From positions 683 through 64,682 of the forward strand of contig JAGLPS010000006.1 of assembly GCA_023137185.1 (NCBI GenBank): 64,000 nucleotides of DNA. The letters are read 5' to 3'. The DNA is from Minisyncoccota bacterium (GTDB lineage Bacteria; Patescibacteriota; Minisyncoccia; Phycocordibacterales; JAGLPS01). The number at the start of each line of letters is the position of its first letter. The stretch's first letter is position 1. The position numbers and the translations under genes are program-made. Under the pieces are notes generated by a model, which did not search any database, was not told where the DNA came from, and was given only the letters and a program-made list of their open reading frames with translations. Positions 9,544-17,693 of this stretch are shown here, piece by piece.

Positions 9544-9658
9544 AATTCAAATTCAGATTAGTTGTATTTTTTAAATAATAACACAATTTTTATGAATAGC
9601 GTTATTCAAACAACAAAATACTACGCGAAAACAGGCGCGGAGACAGATGGCACTTGTA

Positions 9659-9693
9659 AAAAAGACCCTCCTAAGGCGGAGGGTCTTTGTTTG
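9659..9693 (-). terminator. Intrinsic terminator (gaccctcc-taaggc-ggagggtc + U-run)
   Basis: hairpin + T-run just 3' of the WG-repeat gene. Confidence 0.5.
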
Positions 9694-9701
9694 ATTATAC
9701 A

Positions 9702-10028
9702 TTAAACACGTGATCCATCGGGGCGGATGTTAAACCATTCATCGTTTTTCTCAACTACTGCCAAACCATTGGAGAAGCAGCCGACAATCCCATATCGCTC
9801 TACATAAGCCGGTCTGCCATCTGGATGAATGTGGAAGCATTCACCATTCTTTTCGACCCACGCCAAGCCTCTAGTGAAATGGCCGACATCGTTATATCGT
9901 TCTTCGTAAGCCTGTTTGCCATCTGGATGAACGTGGAACCATTTGCCATTTTTCCTAACCCGCGCGAGACCTTCAAAGAAATGGTCAACGTAGTCATACA
10001 TTTTCAGTAGTTCTTTTTTGATTTTCAT
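9702..10028 (-). CDS. WG-repeat protein
   Basis: 108 aa; three ~30-aa repeats (KNGKWFHVHPDGKQAYEERY / KNGECFHIHPDGRPAYVERY / KNDEWFNIRPDG). Confidence 0.6.
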   Translation of the reverse strand: MKIKKELLKMYDYVDHFFEGLARVRKNGKWFHVHPDGKQAYEERYNDVGHFTRGLAWVEKNGECFHIHPDGRPAYVERYGIVGCFSNGLAVVEKNDEWFNIRPDGSRV

Positions 10029-10125
10029 TTAAAATCTTTCCTTTCGTTAGTTCCTGCCTATTTATGTAAACGAACTGTGATTCCTTTTAGGTAGTAACAT
10101 AAAAATAACAAAAAGCCAAATGGGT

Positions 10126-10185
10126 TTGGAAGCCGTAAACTTGGAAGCTCGGCTTCCAAATGAAAGTTCCAAAATGTGGTGTAAT
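10126..10185 (+). repeat. P1 repeat family copy 3
   Basis: ggaagccgtaaacttggaagctcggcttccaa...aaaatgtggtgtaat. Confidence 0.6.
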
Positions 10186-10210
10186 TTTTTCTGTACACAA
10201 ACCCATACAC

Positions 10211-10245
10211 AAAACACCCCCGCCAACTGTTGGCGGGGGTGTTTC
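10211..10245 (-). terminator. Intrinsic terminator of csp
   Basis: acacccccgcc-aactgtt-ggcgggggtgt followed by U-run in minus orientation. Confidence 0.55.
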
Positions 10246-10256
10246 TGCATTGCGAT

Positions 10257-10457
10257 TTACGCTTTGCTGACCTTGACTGCGTTCGGTCCCTTTGGACTGT
10301 CTGCAACTTCGAAAGTCACTTTGTCACCTTCGCGAAGTTCGTTGAACGTAACGTCAACGAGCTCATTTGAGTGGAAAAAGAGATCTTTTTCCTGTCCTTC
10401 GCATTTGATGAACCCGAAACCCTTATCGGTGAGTCGAGCAATTGTTCCTTCTGACAT
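10257..10457 (-). CDS. csp: Cold-shock protein (CspA family)
   Basis: 66 aa; KGFGFI, FFHSNEL, GDKVTFEV motifs; long AT-rich 5' leader typical of csp. Confidence 0.9.
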   Translation of the reverse strand: MSEGTIARLTDKGFGFIKCEGQEKDLFFHSNELVDVTFNELREGDKVTFEVADSPKGPNAVKVSKA

Positions 10458-10626
10458 TGTTGATATGTATGAAGAGCGAATAAAAAATCAAACAGTATGC
10501 CGAAGGTCGAGACTCGATCTTTTCTCTACTGGATCAGCACTGAATTGACAAAAGAGATCATATCATATCTCAATTAATTGTCAACGTTTTTTGTACACTA
10601 TCATAGGGTTAGTGACATTTCAGCCC

Positions 10627-12027
10627 TCAAAAAAATTTAGCCCCTATTACCATCACAGCAAAGTATATGAAAAAAATTGAAATCAAAACCATAGCCAGAT
10701 TAGTAAACCAGCTAGGCCTCAAGGCTTTCGGCAACTTCGTATTGTTTATATAAATAAGAAATGGAGTATAAATTGCCATAGTCATACCTCCAAGCACAGC
10801 CGAGATAACAAGCCACGTCAAAGGCTGTTTAGCTGGCAATAAAATAGCGCCAATGGCCACAATCAATATTATAGCGGTATAGTAAATTTTGCTAAGAGAA
10901 ATACCTTTGAACCATTTAAGTTTAGAAGCAAGTGGTCCTACACGCGAATTGGTGTAGAGAATATCCGAAATCATACGGGTCAAAGCATCTATGACAGTCC
11001 ACATAACAGAAAAGAGCATAAGCGAGGCCATAACCAAAAATAATTTATAGCCAAACACGCCCCATTGCTGGCCAAAAATATTAGCCTGCGCCACCGCCAC
11101 ATCCCAACCCTCTGGCACAATACCCAAAGGGGTCAAAACAGCGTGAGCATTCACGCTTAGCAAAAACAAAGTTATAAAACCAAGCAACAGGAAAATAAGC
11201 CCTTGGTCAATCCGTATATATTTCATCCAACCGCGCCATCTTTTAAGATTTTCTTCCGTCATTTCAAAAGTAAATCCTGTGGCAGCGACAGATTCTTCAC
11301 GACCTGTGATGGGATTAACCACGCGGCCAATATATTCACCCATACCGACCTGCTTGTCGCGGTACCACAAAGAAGTGCATAGATTCAACATACCGCCAGC
11401 TCCGGCAAAAACCACAGCTCCCAACAAAACATTTATATCCACACCTTCTGGAATAAAACCGAAACTAAATACCCCTTTAACACCTTCGGCTAGCTGCGCC
11501 CAACTTAAATTGAAAAAGCTAATAACAACGAGTAACGCGAAAAAAGTCGGCACAATTACCTTAAGCGTTTTTTCCAGTATGTTGTAGGCTATCTTGCCGG
11601 AAAAAGTCAATAACAAAACCAGTCCCAATACTGTCCAAGACCAGCCGAGATGCGTCCCGAAACCAAATAATTCAGCTAAAGCGGCGCCTATCGCGCTAGC
11701 CCAACCCGGCCAGATATAAAGAAGTAAAGCGGCAAAAAACCAAAAAACAGGCGACCATTTTATTACCCGCGCGCTTGTGGTAAAAAACCCCTCTCCCGTA
11801 GCGGCGGAATGCCTGGCGACTTCTTGATTGATAAAATACTGGGCGCTAATACCAAGCAAAGCCAGCCAAAGAAGCCCTAATCCGTGTTTAGCAATAAGAT
11901 GCGGCCACAAAATAAGCTCGCCGGTTCCGATAGCTAAACCCATAACCACTACCCCCACTCCCAAAGCCTTAGACCAATGTGGCGGCTTAGGCAAATCTCG
12001 AGTTTCAAGAGGTGGAAATTTATCCAT
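10627..12027 (-). CDS. Nramp-like (MntH-related) divalent metal transporter, ~11 TM
   Basis: 466 aa; polytopic; N-terminal GLAIGTGELILWPH..GLLWLALLG..QYFINQEVARHSAATGEG resembles Nramp family TM1-3. Confidence 0.45.
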   Translation of the reverse strand: MDKFPPLETRDLPKPPHWSKALGVGVVVMGLAIGTGELILWPHLIAKHGLGLLWLALLGISAQYFINQEVARHSAATGEGFFTTSARVIKWSPVFWFFAALLLYIWPGWASAIGAALAELFGFGTHLGWSWTVLGLVLLLTFSGKIAYNILEKTLKVIVPTFFALLVVISFFNLSWAQLAEGVKGVFSFGFIPEGVDINVLLGAVVFAGAGGMLNLCTSLWYRDKQVGMGEYIGRVVNPITGREESVAATGFTFEMTEENLKRWRGWMKYIRIDQGLIFLLLGFITLFLLSVNAHAVLTPLGIVPEGWDVAVAQANIFGQQWGVFGYKLFLVMASLMLFSVMWTVIDALTRMISDILYTNSRVGPLASKLKWFKGISLSKIYYTAIILIVAIGAILLPAKQPLTWLVISAVLGGMTMAIYTPFLIYINNTKLPKALRPSWFTNLAMVLISIFFIYFAVMVIGAKFF

Positions 12028-12057
12028 AATTCAATACAGTTATTTATACCAAGAAAA

Positions 12058-12579
12058 TTACTCCGGAAAAACACCCAAAGCGTCATTAAAACGGTTAATG
12101 TAATTGAAAAGTCCAATGACCGCGGTAAGCTCAACAAGTTCTTCGTCGTTAAAATACTTCTTTACATTTTCAATAACTTTCGGGTCTATCTCATACGCTT
12201 TTTTAGTTACAGCCCTCGCAAATTCCAGTGCCGCGTGTTCTCGCTCATCTGCTTTCTCAACTATTTTTGAAACATCTTCATCAGTAAGCCCGAACTGGCG
12301 AAGTTGTATATGTGTAACATCAAGGCAGAATTCGCATTTATTGAGACGCGACACCTCATCAGCCACTTTCCACTTAAGAATCGCCGGAAGCGGCGCATCA
12401 TCCATTGTCGCTTTAAACAGTGTAAAGAAACCAACAAGAATATCCTCGCAATTTGCCATTACTTTCATCCATTTAGGCACCTTTTTACCCGCCGATGTAA
12501 ATTGTTCGTAAAACTCCCTTGTCTCATCTTTTACTTCTTCAGCAGTAACTAAATGAACAATAGGTTTTGAGTCTGCCAT
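12058..12579 (-). CDS. Carboxymuconolactone decarboxylase (AhpD-like) family protein
   Basis: 173 aa; CMD-domain-like C-terminus; 30-nt gap to the downstream transporter suggests an operon. Confidence 0.5.
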   Translation of the reverse strand: MADSKPIVHLVTAEEVKDETREFYEQFTSAGKKVPKWMKVMANCEDILVGFFTLFKATMDDAPLPAILKWKVADEVSRLNKCEFCLDVTHIQLRQFGLTDEDVSKIVEKADEREHAALEFARAVTKKAYEIDPKVIENVKKYFNDEELVELTAVIGLFNYINRFNDALGVFPE

Positions 12580-12670
12580 AATTTTAATACGAATTAATCG
12601 TTTAACTTATTACTTCGCGACACATCTCTATTCTAACAAAAAAAGTCTGAACAAATAACCTATCTGCCGA

Positions 12671-12700
12671 GCCCCTGCGGGGCTCGGCAGACGGTTTACA
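12671..12700. repeat. GC hairpin tctgccgagcccc-tgc-ggggctcggcaga (copy 1; identical copy at 14108-14137)
   Basis: 13-bp perfect stem, two identical copies flanking element B plus the two permease-half genes. Confidence 0.6.
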
Positions 12701-12799
12701 ACATATATTTTGGTATCGACTTATAGTTTCTATCGCGAGGGACTACATTTATTGTAATTGTGGAGAATGCCCCGTCGGCTTGCCCTTAATAATCCGGGC

Positions 12800-13092
12800 A
12801 GGCAGCGGGGATGAATCCGCAAGTATAAAGAAGCGTCGGCGGAGCCGACACCTCTACAACAAAGTTTGCCCCGATGCCTCGCCTAATACCTCGCCGAGGT
12901 ACTCCGAGGGAACAGCTTGCCCCCACACCTGTTTTCCCGTGGTATTTTGTCACCTAAGCCGATGTATTCATAGTATCGGAAAGCACCAGCCATACTTTTT
13001 ACAATTACATTATCCTTGAAAATACTGTGACAACGGGAAAACAGGTGTGGGGGTTTGTTGCGGGAATAGGACGAGGCTAAACTTTATTAAGG
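12800..13092. repeat. Structured element B: inverted partner of element A, carrying an extra ~125-nt insertion with a 20-bp stem
   Basis: Plus strand here is approximately the reverse complement of 4132-4312. Shared blocks ggggatgaatccgcaa, gtcggcggagccgac, caacaaagttt, gatgcctcgcct, cctcgccgagg, gggaataggacgagg. Insertion cccccacacctgttttcccg...cgggaaaacaggtgtggggg. The terminal 27 nt overlap the stop of the 13077 gene. Confidence 0.5.
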
Positions 13093-13583
13093 AATTTATC
13101 AACTATTACTCCATTAATAACCGAAAATACTATTATGTATAGAGTGAGAACAAGCGTAAAAGATAAACCAAAATAATAAATCATTAAAGGTAAAAGAGGG
13201 ACTTTAATGGCGCGGCTGTACAAAAATGCGACAATGAATGAGTTTTTCATTCCCTTCTCTCTTAGATTACTCAATAGCGGGTACCATATGTATATTGGTC
13301 CCGAAGACATAATACCTCCAATAATCGAGGCTGCCCATCCTTTTATTCCCACATCTTTACCAACATATTTTACGATTTTTTTGGTATCAAGAAAGATATT
13401 TGATAAAAAAATGAGAGTAAATCCAAGTAAAAGGATTGGCAAAACTTGCAGACATAAAGCAAGAGAGGCTTCAAGCGCCCGTTTGGCTATTGAAACATCT
13501 ATTATTGACGTAACCGCGTATAAAACAGCAACAATTATAAGAAAAAAGTATCTTCCATTAATATTTCGCGGTGTTATTTTCAT
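13077..13583 (-). CDS. Putative permease half (DUF318/COG0701-like), C-terminal half
   Basis: 168 aa, 5 hydrophobic segments, GGIMSSGPIYIWYPLL motif; abuts the upstream half. Confidence 0.4.
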   Translation of the reverse strand: MKITPRNINGRYFFLIIVAVLYAVTSIIDVSIAKRALEASLALCLQVLPILLLGFTLIFLSNIFLDTKKIVKYVGKDVGIKGWAASIIGGIMSSGPIYIWYPLLSNLREKGMKNSFIVAFLYSRAIKVPLLPLMIYYFGLSFTLVLTLYIIVFSVINGVIVDKFLNKV

Positions 13584-14023
13584 TATATGAACGCAAGCGT
13601 AAGAGTGATAAATATAGCGACCATTAAAGCGGACACGAAACTGACAATATTTCTTGCAATGGCGAATTTTTTCCCGAGTATCAGTAATTCAGCGGGAAGT
13701 TGGATAACACCTACTGTAACCCACGTGAGAATAAAAGCGGTTACCGCCGTAAGACTTACACCTTGTTGCAAAAGCTCTCCGCCAATAATATAGCTTGTTA
13801 TAGGACTCCCGCCAGAAATACTCCCGAAGAGCGCTCCCGCCAGTGAATCTAAAATAGTATTACCTGAAAAAACGCGATAAAAAATGTCCTTAGACAGTAC
13901 CGCTTGTAACCAACTAACAAGAAAAAGTGTCCCAATGAGAATAGGAATTACCTGAATAAACGAACCTAATGTTTTTAAAAACGCTTTTTTATAAGAATGA
14001 GAAAAAAGCATACATTTAATCAT
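13583..14023 (-). CDS. Putative permease half (DUF318/COG0701-like), N-terminal half
   Basis: 146 aa, 4 TM, GSISGGSPITSYIIGGELL motif; stop/start overlap with the next gene. Confidence 0.4.
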   Translation of the reverse strand: MIKCMLFSHSYKKAFLKTLGSFIQVIPILIGTLFLVSWLQAVLSKDIFYRVFSGNTILDSLAGALFGSISGGSPITSYIIGGELLQQGVSLTAVTAFILTWVTVGVIQLPAELLILGKKFAIARNIVSFVSALMVAIFITLTLAFI

Positions 14024-14107
14024 ATCAGGGATTTAAACATTAGTTCATAAATATCAATTTATTAGAAACTTTAAGCTATGTTGAAAAGTTATTTTCGTCC
14101 GTGAATT

Positions 14108-14137
14108 GTCTGCCGAGCCCCTGCGGGGCTCGGCAGA
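14108..14137. repeat. GC hairpin tctgccgagcccc-tgc-ggggctcggcaga (copy 2)
   Basis: identical to 12671-12700. Confidence 0.6.
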
Positions 14138-14175
14138 CAATTCACAACACACAAAGGCCTCGCCTTTGTATTCTT

Positions 14176-14556
14176 CTAACTCATACAAATGAGGTAAACG
14201 CCCAAAAGTCCCACGATAACCATAACTATTCTAAAGCGCGCGATTTTATCTTTTAAAATAGCGGCAGTTATCTTTTGCGTTGCCTCCGGAAAAGCAATCC
14301 TTGTAATTCCTTTAAAGGTACAGACCCAGCCAGCAATAGTAATAACGATTCTCCAATCAGCAACCCAAAGGTTGTGCGATATTATCGTTGCCAAACCCAG
14401 AAACAACAAAACCCAGCCAGAAAGAAAAACAAAATTCTTGTCCTTGTGTATCTTAAGCAATTCATCCAAAAACGAATTTCCTCCCAATAGATAAACAACC
14501 GCCGTTATCACCGAAAACCACCCCCAAAATCGCGCCAAAAATATAGTAATTTCCAT
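14176..14556 (-). CDS. Small integral membrane protein (4 TM), unknown function
   Basis: 126 aa, four hydrophobic helices. Confidence 0.5.
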   Translation of the reverse strand: MEITIFLARFWGWFSVITAVVYLLGGNSFLDELLKIHKDKNFVFLSGWVLLFLGLATIISHNLWVADWRIVITIAGWVCTFKGITRIAFPEATQKITAAILKDKIARFRIVMVIVGLLGVYLICMS

Positions 14557-14658
14557 AATTAAAAATTAAAGTATTCAATGCTTATAAACAGTTTTTAGAA
14601 CTTTCTTATACCAAATTATACATAAATTATGGTTCTTGCTAAAAGTTAAAAACCGCTT

Positions 14659-14844
14659 TTAAGCGGTTTTTGTTTTGGAAGTGTTATCGTAAAATACTTT
14701 TCTTTGGTCTTCGTTTGCGCGCCTTGCCGCCTCTGTAATTATTTTCTTTTTTTCCTTACTTGACGCTTCAAGGAAAAAACGCGAAAACTTGCTTGAGAGT
14801 TTCCCTTTAACTTCTCTCTTGAATATAAAATTAAATAGTTTCAT
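14659..14844 (-). CDS. Small basic hypothetical protein, overlaps the zeta-like gene end by 14 nt
   Basis: 61 aa, lysine-rich; weak. Confidence 0.25.
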   Translation of the reverse strand: MKLFNFIFKREVKGKLSSKFSRFFLEASSKEKKKIITEAARRANEDQRKVFYDNTSKTKTA

Positions 14845-15562
14845 GACTTTTCAGCAACTCTTCTAATTGATTTTTAGTGTATTTGAATTTTATACAGTTG
14901 TCAATTTTATTGATATTTGCCTTAAACTGAATTGTCTGGTGTTTAAAATCTTTTTCCACAAGATAAATTGTAATATTTTTACCAAAATGCTCTTTTAGTT
15001 TGTTTACGACATCCCTTGCTGCGATAAACTGCTCGATGAAAGTCTCTTTTAGTATCCTACGACCATCTTTTTCTTCACGGCGTATGGTAAATTCCCATGC
15101 AATAACCGGATCTTGATAAATATAAAAAATAAAAATAGTTCGGTTTTTATCTAGGGAACGTTGAATATTATCTTTTGCTTTTTCCAAATTTGAAAGAGTA
15201 CCATCAAGAATGAAGTTTTGTTCGTTCGTTAGTACACTATCGTGAATTTTTTCCACAGCAATTGAAACTGCTCCTTGAAATAAATAAGCGTTGCCACCGG
15301 TATAGCCGGGTAATTTGTTTCTAATTTCATCAGCGTCAATACGTGCTACATGACTTTTGTTATCATCCCAGAGATTTTTAAGCAATCCTTTTGAAAATTC
15401 CGTCTTCCCCGCTCCGGGAGAACCCGCCATAAAAACAGATACTGGCGTGGTATCCGGAAATATTTTCTCGGGGTCGGCAAATTCTTGAACGATTTTTTTA
15501 AAGTTTTCCCTCTTTTTTACAAACTTAATTGCTGCTCTTTTAATATCTTCTTCAGATAACAT
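14831..15562 (-). CDS. Zeta-toxin-like P-loop kinase (PF06414-like)
   Basis: 243 aa; Walker A GSPGAGKT, DADEIR, overall zeta/UNAG-kinase-like layout; leaderless start 7 nt after a TAGAAT -10. Confidence 0.55.
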   Translation of the reverse strand: MLSEEDIKRAAIKFVKKRENFKKIVQEFADPEKIFPDTTPVSVFMAGSPGAGKTEFSKGLLKNLWDDNKSHVARIDADEIRNKLPGYTGGNAYLFQGAVSIAVEKIHDSVLTNEQNFILDGTLSNLEKAKDNIQRSLDKNRTIFIFYIYQDPVIAWEFTIRREEKDGRRILKETFIEQFIAARDVVNKLKEHFGKNITIYLVEKDFKHQTIQFKANINKIDNCIKFKYTKNQLEELLKSHETI

Positions 15563-15570
15563 AAACTTAA

Positions 15571-15665
15571 TTCTACACCACTTCCCCGCCTACGCGCACA
15601 CAAGTCTAAATTTTAGGGAATTAAGACAAATTATCGAGAAATTATCGAGGTTCAACCTCGATAAA
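15571..15665 (-). promoter_or_regulatory. Duplicated ~95-nt upstream region (copy 1) with -10-like gtggtgTAGAAT directly before a leaderless ATG, plus palindrome ttatcgag-N4-ttatcgaggttcaacctcgataa
   Basis: Near-identical to 16939-17045, which precedes the NYN gene. Palindromic core atcgaggtt-c-aacctcgat is also present at 47.8 kb and 54.6 kb. Confidence 0.5.
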
Positions 15666-15724
15666 CAGACCGTGAGCTTGTCGAATGTTTCCCTCTAATA
15701 TATATAAAATGATACACTACAATT

Positions 15725-16099
15725 ATGAGTTCAACTGATAAAAAGATTGAAGATTTGGGGTTAAAAATTACTGAATTAACTGAAGCACTCAAAATGATTT
15801 CTGAACGACAAAATTCTCAGTACACTGATATTATGTTAGCTCTTAAAGATATCAAGGACATCCAAAAAGAAATGTCTGAAGAATCCATTCCTCTTTCAGA
15901 TGATAAATTATATGATGAAGCAAAAGAGCTTGTGATTAAATATCAAATAGCTTCAGTTTCATTTCTCCAGCGTATACTACGGATTGGATATTCTCGCGTA
16001 GCTTTTGTTATGGATAAACTAGAAGAGAATGGTGTCATAGGTCATGCAAACGGTTCAGAACCGCACGCGGTTTTGATAAAAAATGAGGACGAAGATTAG
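15725..16099 (+). CDS. Stand-alone FtsK-gamma (winged-helix, KOPS-binding-like) domain protein with coiled-coil N-terminus
   Basis: 124 aa; C-terminal ELVIKYQIASVSFLQRILRIGYSRVAFVMDKLEENGVI matches FtsK gamma domain consensus. Confidence 0.65.
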   Translation: MSSTDKKIEDLGLKITELTEALKMISERQNSQYTDIMLALKDIKDIQKEMSEESIPLSDDKLYDEAKELVIKYQIASVSFLQRILRIGYSRVAFVMDKLEENGVIGHANGSEPHAVLIKNEDED

Positions 16100-16298
16100 T
16101 AAGAATTCTTCAAGGTCGAACCTTGAAATTCTTAACTCCCCCGCTAAACGCTTTGTGGAGGATGGCGGTTCGGAGGGTTTGGAGGTGGGATTTTTAAGTT
16201 ATGCACAAATTTATTGACTTTATTGACTTTTAGTACTCACTCGCTATACTAAGAGCGTCTTTTAGTTTTATCCATAAACTGAAAGGGTTTTACATCCA

Positions 16299-16335
16299 AG
16301 GGCAGCCTTCCTCGCGGAGGGCTGCTTTTTATTTT
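16299..16335. terminator. Hairpin ggcagcc..ggctgc + T-run between the convergent FtsK-gamma and NYN genes
   Basis: stem-loop followed by tttttatttt on the plus strand. Confidence 0.45.
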
Positions 16336-16931
16336 AATTTCTTGCCTTCCGTTTTACTCTTTTCTACTCTGTGCTTCAATTCACGACCCCAAATATCCTC
16401 TGATACTTGTAATATATCAGTATATCCATCCCCTCCCGTTCTTAATTCTTCAGATATATTGTTCTTGGAAGAGTAGATATATACATTTTTTCCGTCTCTC
16501 CTCAAATAAGTTACTAACGCGAGAAAATCTGAATCTCCGGAGAACAAAATAGCTGTTGTGTATTTGTCTTTATGGTGAATAGCATCAATGGTCATTTCCA
16601 CATCCATATTCCCTTTTTCTTCAGTGATGTCTCCGTTATCCGAATGTACAGTGATCCGCTTCAATTCCTTTTTACGAACGTTAATACCAAGACCCTTGCG
16701 AAGATATGTAAAAAACTTGTGTTTCCCGTCCAATAAATAGTCGCGTGTTCCTTCAGCCGGATACGCTGTATAATAAAAAATCTCAATAGCTTGAGCATCA
16801 TTATTCTTTTTGAGAAATTTTTTCAATTTTTCAAAATCAAAAAAATGTCCTCTAACTTTCTGCGCGCTCCAGAGATTTGAAGCGTCAATGAAAACATAAA
16901 CAATCTTTTGTTTTTCTTTATTATTTTTCAT
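16329..16931 (-). CDS. NYN-domain (LabA/PIN-like) putative ribonuclease
   Basis: 200 aa; VYVFIDASNL, DVEMTIDAI, ILFSGDSDF motifs of NYN domain. Confidence 0.7.
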   Translation of the reverse strand: MKNNKEKQKIVYVFIDASNLWSAQKVRGHFFDFEKLKKFLKKNNDAQAIEIFYYTAYPAEGTRDYLLDGKHKFFTYLRKGLGINVRKKELKRITVHSDNGDITEEKGNMDVEMTIDAIHHKDKYTTAILFSGDSDFLALVTYLRRDGKNVYIYSSKNNISEELRTGGDGYTDILQVSEDIWGRELKHRVEKSKTEGKKLK

Positions 16932-16938
16932 AATGCTA

Positions 16939-17045
16939 TTCTACACCACTTCCCCGCCTACGCGCGCACAAGTCTAAATTTTAGGGAATTAAGGCAAATT
17001 ATCGAGAAATTATCGAGGTTCAACCTCGATAATTTCTCGATAAAC
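16939..17045 (-). promoter_or_regulatory. Duplicated upstream region (copy 2) containing a perfect 45-nt palindrome ttatcgagaaattatcgaggtt-c-aacctcgataatttctcgataa (16999-17043) and the leaderless promoter of the NYN gene
   Basis: direct sequence comparison with 15571-15665. Confidence 0.5.
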
Positions 17046-17050
17046 ACAAA

Positions 17051-17089
17051 CACCAAACACCTCAAATACACCATTTGAGGTGTTTGGTG
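17051..17089 (-). terminator. 17-bp perfect hairpin caccaaacacctcaaat-acacc-atttgaggtgtttggtg, terminator of the 17107 gene
   Basis: followed by U-rich tract in minus orientation. Confidence 0.55.
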
Positions 17090-17106
17090 CAAAAGTGGTA
17101 ATTCTG

Positions 17107-17682
17107 CTAGATTTTGGTGTAAAAAACCGATTTCCCGGTGTTCCCGACCTGTTTTATGCGATTTTCTGCTTCAAGAATATCTAAATATCTTACCGCTGTG
17201 GCGCTTGATATTCTAAGTAGTTTTTGAATATCTTTGTTTGTTATTTGAGGCTTTGTCTCAAAAAGAGCTACAACCTTATCTAATTTTTTCCGTCTTCGTT
17301 CTTGAATTTTTGCCCGCGCTTTCACAAGTAATCTTTGAACAATATTCGGATCGGTTTTGTAGATAATTTGTGTTTGAACTTGAGATTGCTGTGGTTGTGG
17401 CTCTGATATTGGCATAGGTTCTTCTGAAACAGAAGAATGTGTGGGAGCAGGTTCTGACACAGTTTGTTCAACCACTTCTTCATCCGCAAGGACTGCTGTT
17501 TCTTGTGGTTGTTCTATTGGTGCTGTGGTTTGAACTTCAGAAATGGTCTCTGGTTGAATTTTCTCAGTTGCTTCTTCAATAGGGTCTGCCGACGGCTCAA
17601 CAATAGGTTCAGTAGCCACAGGTTCTACTGGTACAGTAGTTTCTTCTACTATGTCTTGAGTTTTATTTTCTTCTGGTGGCAT
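17107..17682 (-). CDS. Protein with disordered acidic Pro/Glu-rich N-terminus and C-terminal winged HTH
   Basis: 191 aa; C-terminal KDIQKLLRISSATAVRYLDILEAENRIKQVG is HTH-like; 11 nt after the hsdS stop. Confidence 0.45.
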   Translation of the reverse strand: MPPEENKTQDIVEETTVPVEPVATEPIVEPSADPIEEATEKIQPETISEVQTTAPIEQPQETAVLADEEVVEQTVSEPAPTHSSVSEEPMPISEPQPQQSQVQTQIIYKTDPNIVQRLLVKARAKIQERRRKKLDKVVALFETKPQITNKDIQKLLRISSATAVRYLDILEAENRIKQVGNTGKSVFYTKI

Positions 17683-17693
17683 ATTGTCTTGAA

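Noticed and set aside
10120-10548. 142-aa plus-strand ORF spanning P1 repeat copy 3 and the csp gene
   Set aside because: It overlaps the well-supported csp on the opposite strand and a repeat element.
13207-13590. 127-aa plus-strand ORF antisense to the permease-half gene
   Set aside because: The opposite-strand ORF encodes a coherent polytopic membrane protein with permease motifs. The plus ORF has no features.
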